Origin: an uncultured bacterium
GTDB taxonomy: Bacteria; Krumholzibacteriota; Krumholzibacteriia; Krumholzibacteriales; Krumholzibacteriaceae
Assembly (NCBI GenBank): GCA_963813815.1
Contig: CAWFAD010000016.1
Location: forward strand, 480,001 to 544,000
Length of the DNA stretch: 64,000 nt
Direction of reading: 5' to 3'
The translations under genes and the position numbers were made by a program. The notes beneath the pieces are model-generated. The model was given only the letters and a program-made list of their open reading frames with translations. It was not told the origin of the DNA and made no database searches. The number at the start of each line of letters is the position of its first letter. The stretch's first letter is position 1. This document shows, piece after piece, positions 55,697-64,000 of the stretch.

Positions 55697-56893
55697 TCAA
55701 GCGCGAATTCCCCCGCCGGGGGGCAGCGAGCCCTGCATGCGCTTGTGCAGCGCGATCACGTACACGGCGACGACGAGCGACACGCCGCCGAGCAGGAGGA
55801 AGGGAGTGTGGATTCCCCACGCGTCCGACATGAAACCGGCGGCGAAGGAGAATGCGGCGTTGCCGATGATCTGCACGTTCGCGTTGAGGCTGAAGGCGGC
55901 CGTTCGGTTCTTGGGTTTCGCGACGCTGCCGACGAGCGTGAGCAGCGCCGGGAAGGAGAGGAAGAGCGACCATCCGAAGAGAATCATGAGGACGGCGACG
56001 AGCGCGAGATTCGTGCTGAATCCGATGACGCAGGTCGCGATCGCCGTGAGGATGCAGCTCAGTACGATCGCGCCGAAGCGCCCCGTCCGCTCGACCACCT
56101 TGCCGTACATGAGGGAGGCGACGGTTCCCGCCGCGATCCAGCCGCCGAGCACGATGCCCGTGAGGGACATCGAGGCGCCGAGCTTGTGGTTGAGGAGGCT
56201 CGGGCCGTAGGCGAGGGTGATCCCCCAGGCGACGCCGCTGAGGAGCGCGGGGAGTATGAGATACCGCTGGTCGCGGATCGTCTCGCGCCAGGAGACCGGC
56301 TCCTCCTCGTCGTCGTTTCCGTCGCCGCCGTTCGTGCCGCGCGAGATGACGAGCCCGGCGAGAGCCCCCGCGATGCAGAGGGCGCCCCACGTGTAGAGCG
56401 GAGTCCCCCAGTTGAAGCGCTGCGCGAGGTATCCCGTTCCGAGGAACGCGGCGAGCACCCCCACGTCTCCGAAGGCGCTCTGGATGCCCATCGCGCGGTC
56501 GAAATGCTTGCCGCGGAAGACGTGCGTGACCCAGGCGATGCCGACGGGGTGGTAGATGCTCGATCCGATCCGCACGCCCACGTAGAGGAGGACGAGCGCG
56601 GGATAGTTTTTCGCGAGCGGCGTGAGGAGGAGAAAAAGCCCGACGACAAGATCGTCGAGAACGAGGAGGAGCCGGTAGTGGCGTCCCTTGGCCCAGTGGC
56701 CGACGAAGAAATGAAAGACGATCGACACGATGAGCCCCATGAAGATCATCGAGCCGATGTCGGCGTAACGTCTGATGAGGAGCCCCTGCGTGTAGAGGAT
56801 CGGGAATATCGTCGGGAGCGAGACGACCGAGGCGTCGTTGAAGACGTGAAATATCGAGACGGCGGCGAGTATCCTCTTGTGCTTCGATTCCAT
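55697..56893 (-). CDS. MFS transporter
   Basis: H.FND, SIYHPVG and AMG..S..GD.G motifs; about 12 TM helices. Confidence 0.87.
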   Translation of the reverse strand: MESKHKRILAAVSIFHVFNDASVVSLPTIFPILYTQGLLIRRYADIGSMIFMGLIVSIVFHFFVGHWAKGRHYRLLLVLDDLVVGLFLLLTPLAKNYPALVLLYVGVRIGSSIYHPVGIAWVTHVFRGKHFDRAMGIQSAFGDVGVLAAFLGTGYLAQRFNWGTPLYTWGALCIAGALAGLVISRGTNGGDGNDDEEEPVSWRETIRDQRYLILPALLSGVAWGITLAYGPSLLNHKLGASMSLTGIVLGGWIAAGTVASLMYGKVVERTGRFGAIVLSCILTAIATCVIGFSTNLALVAVLMILFGWSLFLSFPALLTLVGSVAKPKNRTAAFSLNANVQIIGNAAFSFAAGFMSDAWGIHTPFLLLGGVSLVVAVYVIALHKRMQGSLPPGGGIRA

Positions 56894-57037
56894 GATTCCT
56901 CCAATATGACATCCCGCCGCGTTTCGCGCAATCGCGCACTGGACGCTCCGCCCGAAGTGCGGTAGAGTCGGTGCTGCGCCTTTCCTCTCGAGCAACCTCT
57001 CCCGGCGGGGCTCGGCCCGCCCTCGAGGAGGCAGCCG

Positions 57038-58147
57038 ATGTCGCGATACCGTTTCCCCCTGGCGCTCGGCGCGATGGCCGGCCTCGCTCTCGCCGCGTTC
57101 GCCGCCGCTCCGTCTCTCGCGGAGCCGTCCATTCGATCCCAGAAAGACACGATCGGCTACGCCACCGCTCCCGCGCAGGTCGCCGCGCTCGTGCGGCTCG
57201 TCGACTCGCTCGAGGCCGGGCGCTACGCGGCGAACGAGCGGGCCTTTCCCGCGGCCGGCTCGGCGCCGCCCGTCGGCGCCGTGTGTCCGCACGACGACTA
57301 TCTCTACGCGGGGCGCGGCTACGTGCACGCGATGCGTCTCCTCAAAGCCCGGAGAGTCATCCTCTTCGGCGTTTCGCACACGGCGCGCCGCCGGGGCATA
57401 CAGGGGAAGCTCGTCTTCGACGCTTTCGACGCCTGGCGGGTCGGCGGGAGGGACTGCCCCGTGTCGCCGCTCCGGAACGAGATCGTCGCCGCGCTCCCGC
57501 CGGAGCTCGTGCTGGTGAGCGACGAGATCCACGCCGAGGAGCATTCGCTCGAGGGATTCGTCCCGGTGCTCCAGCACTACCTGCCGGACGCGGAGATCGT
57601 GCCGGTTCTCGCGACGCGGCAGACGGAAGAAGGATTCGCCCGGGCCGCCGACGCCCTCGCCGCCGCGATATCGGGCCTCATGAGCGAACGCGGATGGAAG
57701 CTCGGCGAGGACGTCGCGATCCTCGTCTCGGCCGACTGCGTCCACTACGGCGACGAAGAGTGGGGCGGGCGGAACTACGCCCCCTTCGGGACCGGCGCCG
57801 AAGGGTACGAGAAGGGCGTGCGTCAGGATCTCGATGTGATTTCGAGATCCCTCGCGGGGGATATCGACGGCGGCAAGATCGCTCTCTTCCGCGAGATGGT
57901 CGATAGCGGGGATTTCCAGCAGCCGTACCGGATAACGTGGTGCGGCGTCTATTCGATCCCCCTCGGTCTCGGGGTCCTCGATCGGCTCTGCTCCCGCGCC
58001 GGGCGTCCGGCGCTCCGCGGATTCATGCTCGTCTACGGGACGAGCTTCGATCCCCCGCCCCTGCCGCTCGCGGGGACGGGGCTCGGAACGACGGCGATCA
58101 ATAATCTGCGACACTGGGTCGGCTACACGGCGATCGGATACTGGTAA
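57038..58147 (+). CDS. MEMO1/AmrB-family protein with signal peptide
   Basis: PHDDYLYAG, GVSH, EHSLE, SAD.VHYG, TWCG and VGY motifs; AxA-type signal. Confidence 0.82.
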   Translation: MSRYRFPLALGAMAGLALAAFAAAPSLAEPSIRSQKDTIGYATAPAQVAALVRLVDSLEAGRYAANERAFPAAGSAPPVGAVCPHDDYLYAGRGYVHAMRLLKARRVILFGVSHTARRRGIQGKLVFDAFDAWRVGGRDCPVSPLRNEIVAALPPELVLVSDEIHAEEHSLEGFVPVLQHYLPDAEIVPVLATRQTEEGFARAADALAAAISGLMSERGWKLGEDVAILVSADCVHYGDEEWGGRNYAPFGTGAEGYEKGVRQDLDVISRSLAGDIDGGKIALFREMVDSGDFQQPYRITWCGVYSIPLGLGVLDRLCSRAGRPALRGFMLVYGTSFDPPPLPLAGTGLGTTAINNLRHWVGYTAIGYW

Positions 58148-58164
58148 GAAGGAGGCACCGGCAG

Positions 58165-60201
58165 ATGACGCATCGATTGACGGCTCCGCGCGCGTTCGCC
58201 GCGGCCGCCGCGCTCGTGGCGGCGCTCGCCGCATGCGCGTCGGCGCAGACGGACGACGAGATACGCTCGGCGATCGCGGCCGCGGGGGGTTCGAAGGACC
58301 ACCCCGGGGCGGCATTCGTCTCGGTGTTCGAGCGGACGGACGTGACGGTCGAGGAGACGGGGCTCGCCCATTACCGCCGCCACAACCTCACGAAGATGCT
58401 GACCGCGGAGGGCGCCCTCGCGCGATCCGCGCTGCGGTTCGACTACGATCCGGCCTCGAACTTCATCGAGATCGAGAGCGTGAGGATCTTCCGCGCGGGG
58501 GGGGCGATCGAGCTCGTCGATCTCGCCGCGCTCCGGGACCTCTTCCAGCCGGCCTCGATGATCTACTGGGGGGCGCGCATGAAGCTCCTCCAGCTTCCGC
58601 GCCTCGCCCCCGGCGACGCCGTCGAGGTGAAGACGTACAAGAAAGGGTTCGAGATCGCCTACCTCGGCGCCGCGGAGGGAGGCTCGCCGGGCGCAGGCTC
58701 GCCCGGGCCGGGGCAGGCCGGCGTGGCCGCCGCCGGGGACGAGCGCTACATCCCGCCGATGCGGGGGCATTTCTACGACGTCGTCTATTTTCAAGAAACC
58801 TATCCGATCAAGGAGAAGCGGTACGATCTCCACATGCCGAAGGACAAACCGGTCCGGTACCGCGTCTATAACGGCGCGCTCTTCTCGGAGCAGCGCTTCG
58901 ACGAGGCGGGAACCCACTACTCATGGTGGATCGTCGACAGCCCCGCCCACGTCGAGGAGCCGCGGAGCGCCGAGGCCCCCGACGTCGTGCCGAAGCTCGT
59001 GCTGGCGACCCTCTCTTCCTGGGAGGAGAAATCCCGCTGGTTCGCCGCGATCCACGACACGATTTACGCCGACAACGAGCCCATCCGCGGGCTCGTGAAG
59101 GATATCACCAAGGGTCTCAAGACGGACGTCGACAAGGTCGCCGCGCTCCAGCATTGGGCCGCGCAGGAGATCCGCTACTCGGGGATATCGATGGGAAAGG
59201 GCGAGGGATACACGCACCATCCGGGGAAGATGAGCTTCGCCGACCGCTGCGGGGTCTGCAAGGACAAGGCGGGGATGCTCATCACCCTCATGCGGACGGC
59301 CGGATTCGACGCGTGGCCCGCGCTCACGATGGCGGGATCGCGCGTCGAGGAGATACCGGCAGATCAGTTCAATCACTCGGTCGTCGCCTGGCGCCGCGCC
59401 GACGGCGCCTTTACGATGCTCGACCCGACCTGGGTGCCGTACTCGACCGAGCTCTGGAGCTCGGCCGAGCAGGAGCAGCACTACGTGATCGGCACGCCCG
59501 AGGGGGAGGGGCTCATGCAGATTCCCTACAGCCCTCCCGAGAATCACGTTCTCACGGTCGTTTCGCGCGGCTCGGTCGACCGCGACGGCGACCTCACGGG
59601 AACGCTCCGCTTCGCCGCGACCCGTTACATGGATCAGAGGATGCGGCGCTGGCTCGGCACGCACAAGCGCGACGACCTGCGCGCCTACGTCGAGGGGTGG
59701 CTCGCGGCGATCGCGCCGAACGTCGAGGTGACGAAGCTCAGCATCGGCGACCCGCTCGATTTCGAGAGACAATTCGCGCTCGAGGTCGCGTATCGCGTCC
59801 CGCGCTACGCGGTCGCGGACGGCGCCACGATCGATTTCGCCTCCCCCGCGTGGAAGCTCGGATTTTCGCGGCAGTCGCCGCTCCTGCCGGCGGCCTCCGT
59901 CGTCGATCCGGCCGAACGGAAGCTCCCGCTCTTTCTCTGGAACACGCAAACCTTCCGTTGCGACGAGTCGATCGAGATTCCGCCGGGGATGAAGCCGCGC
60001 GAGGTCGCGGGGGGATCTTCGAAAACGGGCGAGTACGCTTCCTACTCGATGGAGCGGTCCGCGTCCGGCGGCAAGCTCGTGAACCGGGGGGACGTCCTCG
60101 TCAGGCGGCGGACGATTCCCGCCGATGCGTATCCCGATTTCCGGTCGGTTCTGAAGGCCGCGGGCGAGTATGCGACGGCCCGTGTCGTTTTCGAGCGATA
60201 G
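58165..60201 (+). CDS. DUF3857 + transglutaminase-like protein (intact triad)
   Basis: Signal peptide, IRYSG, GVCKDKA (Cys), FNH (His) and LDPT (Asp). Confidence 0.88.
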   Translation: MTHRLTAPRAFAAAAALVAALAACASAQTDDEIRSAIAAAGGSKDHPGAAFVSVFERTDVTVEETGLAHYRRHNLTKMLTAEGALARSALRFDYDPASNFIEIESVRIFRAGGAIELVDLAALRDLFQPASMIYWGARMKLLQLPRLAPGDAVEVKTYKKGFEIAYLGAAEGGSPGAGSPGPGQAGVAAAGDERYIPPMRGHFYDVVYFQETYPIKEKRYDLHMPKDKPVRYRVYNGALFSEQRFDEAGTHYSWWIVDSPAHVEEPRSAEAPDVVPKLVLATLSSWEEKSRWFAAIHDTIYADNEPIRGLVKDITKGLKTDVDKVAALQHWAAQEIRYSGISMGKGEGYTHHPGKMSFADRCGVCKDKAGMLITLMRTAGFDAWPALTMAGSRVEEIPADQFNHSVVAWRRADGAFTMLDPTWVPYSTELWSSAEQEQHYVIGTPEGEGLMQIPYSPPENHVLTVVSRGSVDRDGDLTGTLRFAATRYMDQRMRRWLGTHKRDDLRAYVEGWLAAIAPNVEVTKLSIGDPLDFERQFALEVAYRVPRYAVADGATIDFASPAWKLGFSRQSPLLPAASVVDPAERKLPLFLWNTQTFRCDESIEIPPGMKPREVAGGSSKTGEYASYSMERSASGGKLVNRGDVLVRRRTIPADAYPDFRSVLKAAGEYATARVVFER

Positions 60202-60210
60202 GAGGCGACG

Positions 60211-62100
60211 ATGAAACGGTACATTCTCGCGGCGCTGCTGCCGGCGCTCGCTGCCTCGCTCGCGTCGGCGGCGCCGTCGCCGGCGCGCGCGGCGTTTCCG
60301 GACAGCCGGACGGTCGCGGCGAAATATCCGCAGAGCGACGCGGTCGTTCTCTATGATTCCCTCGTTGTATCCATGGAGGAGCCGGGACGCGTCGCGAAGC
60401 GGCGTCACCGCGCCGTCATGCTCCTCTCCGACAACGCGATCAACCGGTACGGCGACCCCCGCATTCTCTACGACGCCGGCCGCGAGGAACTCCGCATTCT
60501 CGCCGCCCGCGCCCACATGCGGGACGGCTCGGCGGTCGATACGAAGCCGAACGGCATCAACCGGACGACGCCGTTCGCGCTCGATCTCGCGCCCGATTAC
60601 GCCGACTGGCAGGAGACGGTGGTGACGCACGTCGGCATCGAGAAGGGGTGCGTCGCGGAGCTCGAGTACGAGATCGCGGGGCCCATGCCCTCTCCCCGGC
60701 CGAGCGGCGTCGAGATCTTCTCATCGGAGGACCCCGTGGAGCTCGCCGTTCTCGTCGTGAGGACTCCCGCGGGAGCGGAGCTCGAGGCGTTCGGCATGAA
60801 CGGCGCGCCCGAGGCCGCGCGTTCCGCCGGCGCGTGGACGTGGACCGTGCGCGACATCCCGGGACGGACGCCCTTCGACGGCGGCGTCTGGGAGGGAAAC
60901 TATTTTCCCGCGGTGTGCTGGAGCATGGAAACGAGCTGGCAGGAGGCGCTCGCGAAGATCGCGGGCGAGCTCGACGCGGCGTCGGCCTCCTTTCCGGCGC
61001 TGGACGAAGCGGTCCGTGACGCCCTGAAGGACCTCGTCACGGACGAGGAGAAAATACTCGCCGTGCAGCGGCTCGCGATCGGCGCCGTGCGCGGCGTGCG
61101 CGTTCCATTCGCTCTCCTCGCCGCCCCGCCCCGCCCCGCCGCGCGCGTCTACGATACGGGATACGCGGGCCCGCTCGATCGCGCCGTGCTGCTCGCCGCG
61201 ATGCTCCGCTCGGCGGGGTACGATCCGGCGCCGGTTCTCGCGTCGGCGGGGCGGATCGATAACTTCGACGTGGCGGCGCCGCAGCTTTTCGGCGAGATCC
61301 TCGTCTCGGTCGCCGGCGAGGGAACGGGGGATATGATCCTCGCCCCCGGCTCCCGCTACGAGCGCGACGCCTCGTACGCTCTGGCCGGAAAGACCCTCGC
61401 GCGTTTGGAAGGCGGAGTATCCGGCGCGGCGGCGAAAGCTCCGCATCTCGTGAAGCCCCCGTCGCACGAGCCCGGCGCGAGCCGGAGCACCCTCGATATC
61501 GAGCTCGTCCCCGGCGAGAACGGAGCTCTTTCCGGAAAGGGGCGGGCCGTTCTCGGCGGAGCGTTTTCACCGTACTATATCGTCCGCGCGGGCGAGAGCC
61601 TCGAAGCGTATGTCGGAGAGCGCGTCAAGAAACTCTTCGGTGGCGCCGAGCTCGCCGCGTGCAACGCGCTCTCGCTCGACCGGGCGGGGGCCGAGGTGGA
61701 GTTCTCCTTCACGGTGAAGCTGCCCGAGAAGGGCAAGGGAGAGCGCGTCTATCTCTCGTTCCCGAAGGCCTTCGACGCGGCGGTCTCGGGCGTCGAGCGC
61801 GTGCGCCCCGGGCGATCCGCCGTGTCCGATGCCATGAGGCTCGAGCCGTGCGTCCTCTCCGTTTCGTGCTCGATCGTGCTTCCCGAAGGATGGAAGCTCG
61901 TCGCCCTGCCGTCCGCGGCTTCGCTTCGAAACGACGTCGGCGCCGCGAGCGTGAAGATCGAGGGAGCGGCGGGCGAGAAGCGGGTCGTGCGCTCCGAGCT
62001 TCTCCTCGAGCGCGACGTCGTCGCGCCCGCTCTCTACCCCGGGCTGCGGGCCCTGCTCGCGGCCGCCGCCGGCGACGGGATGGTGATCGAAAAAGAATAG
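60211..62100 (+). CDS. DUF3857 protein with degenerate transglutaminase core
   Basis: DAVVL N-terminus; YAGPLDRAVLL..ML...G in place of GxC.D.A.LL; no FNH. Confidence 0.75.
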   Translation: MKRYILAALLPALAASLASAAPSPARAAFPDSRTVAAKYPQSDAVVLYDSLVVSMEEPGRVAKRRHRAVMLLSDNAINRYGDPRILYDAGREELRILAARAHMRDGSAVDTKPNGINRTTPFALDLAPDYADWQETVVTHVGIEKGCVAELEYEIAGPMPSPRPSGVEIFSSEDPVELAVLVVRTPAGAELEAFGMNGAPEAARSAGAWTWTVRDIPGRTPFDGGVWEGNYFPAVCWSMETSWQEALAKIAGELDAASASFPALDEAVRDALKDLVTDEEKILAVQRLAIGAVRGVRVPFALLAAPPRPAARVYDTGYAGPLDRAVLLAAMLRSAGYDPAPVLASAGRIDNFDVAAPQLFGEILVSVAGEGTGDMILAPGSRYERDASYALAGKTLARLEGGVSGAAAKAPHLVKPPSHEPGASRSTLDIELVPGENGALSGKGRAVLGGAFSPYYIVRAGESLEAYVGERVKKLFGGAELAACNALSLDRAGAEVEFSFTVKLPEKGKGERVYLSFPKAFDAAVSGVERVRPGRSAVSDAMRLEPCVLSVSCSIVLPEGWKLVALPSAASLRNDVGAASVKIEGAAGEKRVVRSELLLERDVVAPALYPGLRALLAAAAGDGMVIEKE

Positions 62101-62170
62101 CGGGCCGGGTGGCCCGCTATCCCGCCTCGGGGGTCGTGCACCGGGGGGTACGGTGCTCGGGGGTCCGCGA

Positions 62171-62518
62171 TCAGTTCGGGTCGAGTTCGATGGTGTCTCC
62201 GAGGTCGGTGGCGCTTTCGCTGAGGGCGTTCGGCGGAAGCTCGACGGCGCTCACGGCGCCGCTCGAAGAGTCGGCGATGCAATCCGGCGGAAAGTTGCGG
62301 TAGATCGTCACGATGCGCCCGTGCCGGTTGAGGAAGGCGATGTCGACCGCGTTTCCGAGTCCGACCGTATAGATAGCGCGGCACGGCGCGATCCACAGCG
62401 CGCAGTTCTTCGGAATTCCGGCGCGGTTGAGAGAACGAAGCGTCGAGTAGGTGTTCGAGTTGAGCGTCAGGAGACGCTTCGCGATCATCGTCCCTCGCGT
62501 CTTGTTGAGAACTGACAC
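62171..62518 (-). CDS. DUF192-family protein
   Basis: LWIAPC.AIYT.G....DIAFL, AVELP and GD.IE; GGAGG RBS. Confidence 0.78.
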   Translation of the reverse strand: MSVLNKTRGTMIAKRLLTLNSNTYSTLRSLNRAGIPKNCALWIAPCRAIYTVGLGNAVDIAFLNRHGRIVTIYRNFPPDCIADSSSGAVSAVELPPNALSESATDLGDTIELDPN

Positions 62519-62533
62519 GGCCGCACACCTCCC

Positions 62534-63127
62534 CTAGATCGATGTTCCGATCATGAGCACGGCGAGCGTCGAAAGGGCCAGCTTCGCGGTCCACGGGAAC
62601 GGAAACGAAGTGGCGCCGGACGCGCCGGGGTCGACCTCGTCGCACCCCTCCGACAACGCGAGCTCCTCGAATTCCTTCCTGTCCTTGCGCAGAATCTTCA
62701 TCGCCTCGATTTCGACGAGAGCGGACTGCTCGTCGAGGGCGAGAAGGCTGGATCGGCCGCCGCTCGACCCCGTCGTCCGGGGCGCCGGGCGCGGCGAATC
62801 GATTCCGAGCAGCCGCTGCACCATGAGAAACGCGGTCGCCGCGGCGAATACCATGCCGTACTGGTGCGTGCCGAGCGAGGAGCCGAGCGCCACGGAGACG
62901 AGCACGTCGGCTCGCGATATGTGGCCGAGAAACGAGAGCGGCAGCGTGAGCAGGAGCGCGAAGGCCCCGCCCGCGATCGAGAACACGAGCCCGTCGAGAC
63001 CGTCGACCAGACCGAACGCGGCCGGGGCGGCGACCGCCGCCGCGATCGCGATCGCGGACTGGATCCTCGGCTTTCCGAGGGCGTACGTCGCGGTGATTAT
63101 GAAGAGCGCTGTGAGAAGGTTGAGCAC
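62534..63127 (-). CDS. Divergent A24/CpaA prepilin-peptidase-like membrane protein
   Basis: TM pattern, G.IS.ADV (GxGD equivalent) and C-terminal FP.....ALS; AAGGAG RBS. Confidence 0.55.
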   Translation of the reverse strand: MLNLLTALFIITATYALGKPRIQSAIAIAAAVAAPAAFGLVDGLDGLVFSIAGGAFALLLTLPLSFLGHISRADVLVSVALGSSLGTHQYGMVFAAATAFLMVQRLLGIDSPRPAPRTTGSSGGRSSLLALDEQSALVEIEAMKILRKDRKEFEELALSEGCDEVDPGASGATSFPFPWTAKLALSTLAVLMIGTSI

Positions 63128-63167
63128 GGGCCGTACGCTCCTTTTCCGTGTCGATGCCGTATCTCAG

Positions 63168-63197
63168 TCGATGGAATAACAAGATGCATTCCATCGA
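63168..63197 (-). promoter_or_regulatory. Perfect 10-bp inverted repeat overlapping a sigma54-like site
   Basis: TCGATGGAAT-N10-ATTCCATCGA; minus strand TGGAATGCATCTTGTT (GG-N10-GT). Confidence 0.45.
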
Positions 63198-63493
63198 GCG
63201 GCTCGAAGGGGAGATCGCTTGAATGCGGGGCGGGCACGGCCGCGGGAAGGCGCGCAACAGATTGTATTTCAACGTGCTATCGCAGCGGGTGCGGCTGCGA
63301 ATTATCGCCCGGCGCCGCGCGGTATCCCCGCTCGTCCGCGCCGGCTCGGTTGGATTTTGGTGAAAATCCCCAACCTGTCGAAGATCGCCGGGATACCCTG
63401 CGCGCTTTTTCGTCGGCTGGGCGCCGGCGATGCCCGGCGATTCCCCGCGCTTTCCGTTCGTGTCCGGTTGTCGCCGATCGATCCGCGGGAGAG

Positions 63494-64000
63494 CTATGTT
63501 CCGGCGAGCCGCAGGAACGCCTCTTCGACGCGCCGCATATTGTCGCGCCAGAGCCCCCGCTCGCGGATGATGATCCCGTTGCGCTCGCGAGCCGACGAGC
63601 GCAGGGCGCCGTCGCCGAGGGCCGTCAGAACGGCGTCCGCGAGGGTTCCGGGATCGCGCCGCGCGAGAACGATGCCGTTCAGGCCGTTCGATATCCACTC
63701 GCGATTCGCGGGTAGATCCGCCACCACGGGGAAGGCGCCGCAGGCCATCGCTTCGAGCAGGGAGACCGAGGTCGAGTCCGACCGGGAGGTCGAAACGTAG
63801 ACGGCCGCTTTCCGGAGCTCGTCCGCGATGGCCGCGGGCTCGAGGCGTCCTTTGAAGTCGAAGCGGCCGGCGAGGCCGAGAACGGCGGCTTTCTCCTCGA
63901 GACGCCGGCGGTCCGGGCCGTCTCCGCAAACGACGAATCGCGCGTCGCGTTTCTCGAGCACGAGCGGCGCGGCGTCGACGAGGAGCCCGACGTCATAGAC
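63494..64000 (-). CDS. GT4 glycosyltransferase, C-terminal part (5' end off the window)
   Basis: CGDGP, YVSTS.SD...VSLLEAMACG and NG.NG motifs. Confidence 0.88.
   Translation of the reverse strand, partial: VYDVGLLVDAAPLVLEKRDARFVVCGDGPDRRRLEEKAAVLGLAGRFDFKGRLEPAAIADELRKAAVYVSTSRSDSTSVSLLEAMACGAFPVVADLPANREWISNGLNGIVLARRDPGTLADAVLTALGDGALRSSARERNGIIIRERGLWRDNMRRVEEAFLRLAGT

Noticed and set aside
1..64000. CRISPR arrays, tRNA/rRNA, transposases, integrases, prophage genes
   Set aside because: No spaced direct repeats, cloverleaf motifs or mobile-element proteins seen by eye; short ncRNAs could have been missed.

Overview
GC-rich bacterial chromosomal segment with about 50 genes. I found no rRNA, tRNA, CRISPR array or mobile element. 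Two exported proteins end in the 'L.QN.PNPFN' FlgD-Ig/T9SS-like sorting domain, which suggests an FCB-superphylum candidate lineage (Krumholzibacteriota/Latescibacterota-like; inference). In order, the window holds: a REC-regulator + HydC/HydB/GltD-NuoG (NfnABC/Bfu-like) redox operon; a UDP-HexNAc dehydrogenase; a YtrA/GntR regulator with a tandem operator; an ArnT-like glycosyltransferase; a porin divergent from an output-less HAMP receptor and a small partner; an exported nucleoside hydrolase-FmdE fusion; a sigma54-driven SPFH/zinc-ribbon operon; a deacetylase / PaaK-PanD fusion / PanD cluster; peptide-utilisation genes (S9 peptidase, MFSD1-like MFS, OPT); ettA; a PilX-like gene; an extracytoplasmic TPR-CHAT / pro-domain / 2289-aa matrixin / Ser-Thr kinase / FecR-DUF928 / papain cluster; lsrF with a Zn dehydrogenase; an exported MEMO protein with a DUF3857 transglutaminase pair; and degenerate Tad accessory genes. 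The strongest candidates for undescribed systems are (1) two PanD copies with complementary active-site losses, one fused to an adenylating ligase next to a deacetylase, and (2) the extracytoplasmic caspase-like CHAT-kinase-DUF928-metalloprotease module. All family assignments come from motif recognition by eye, not from database searches.
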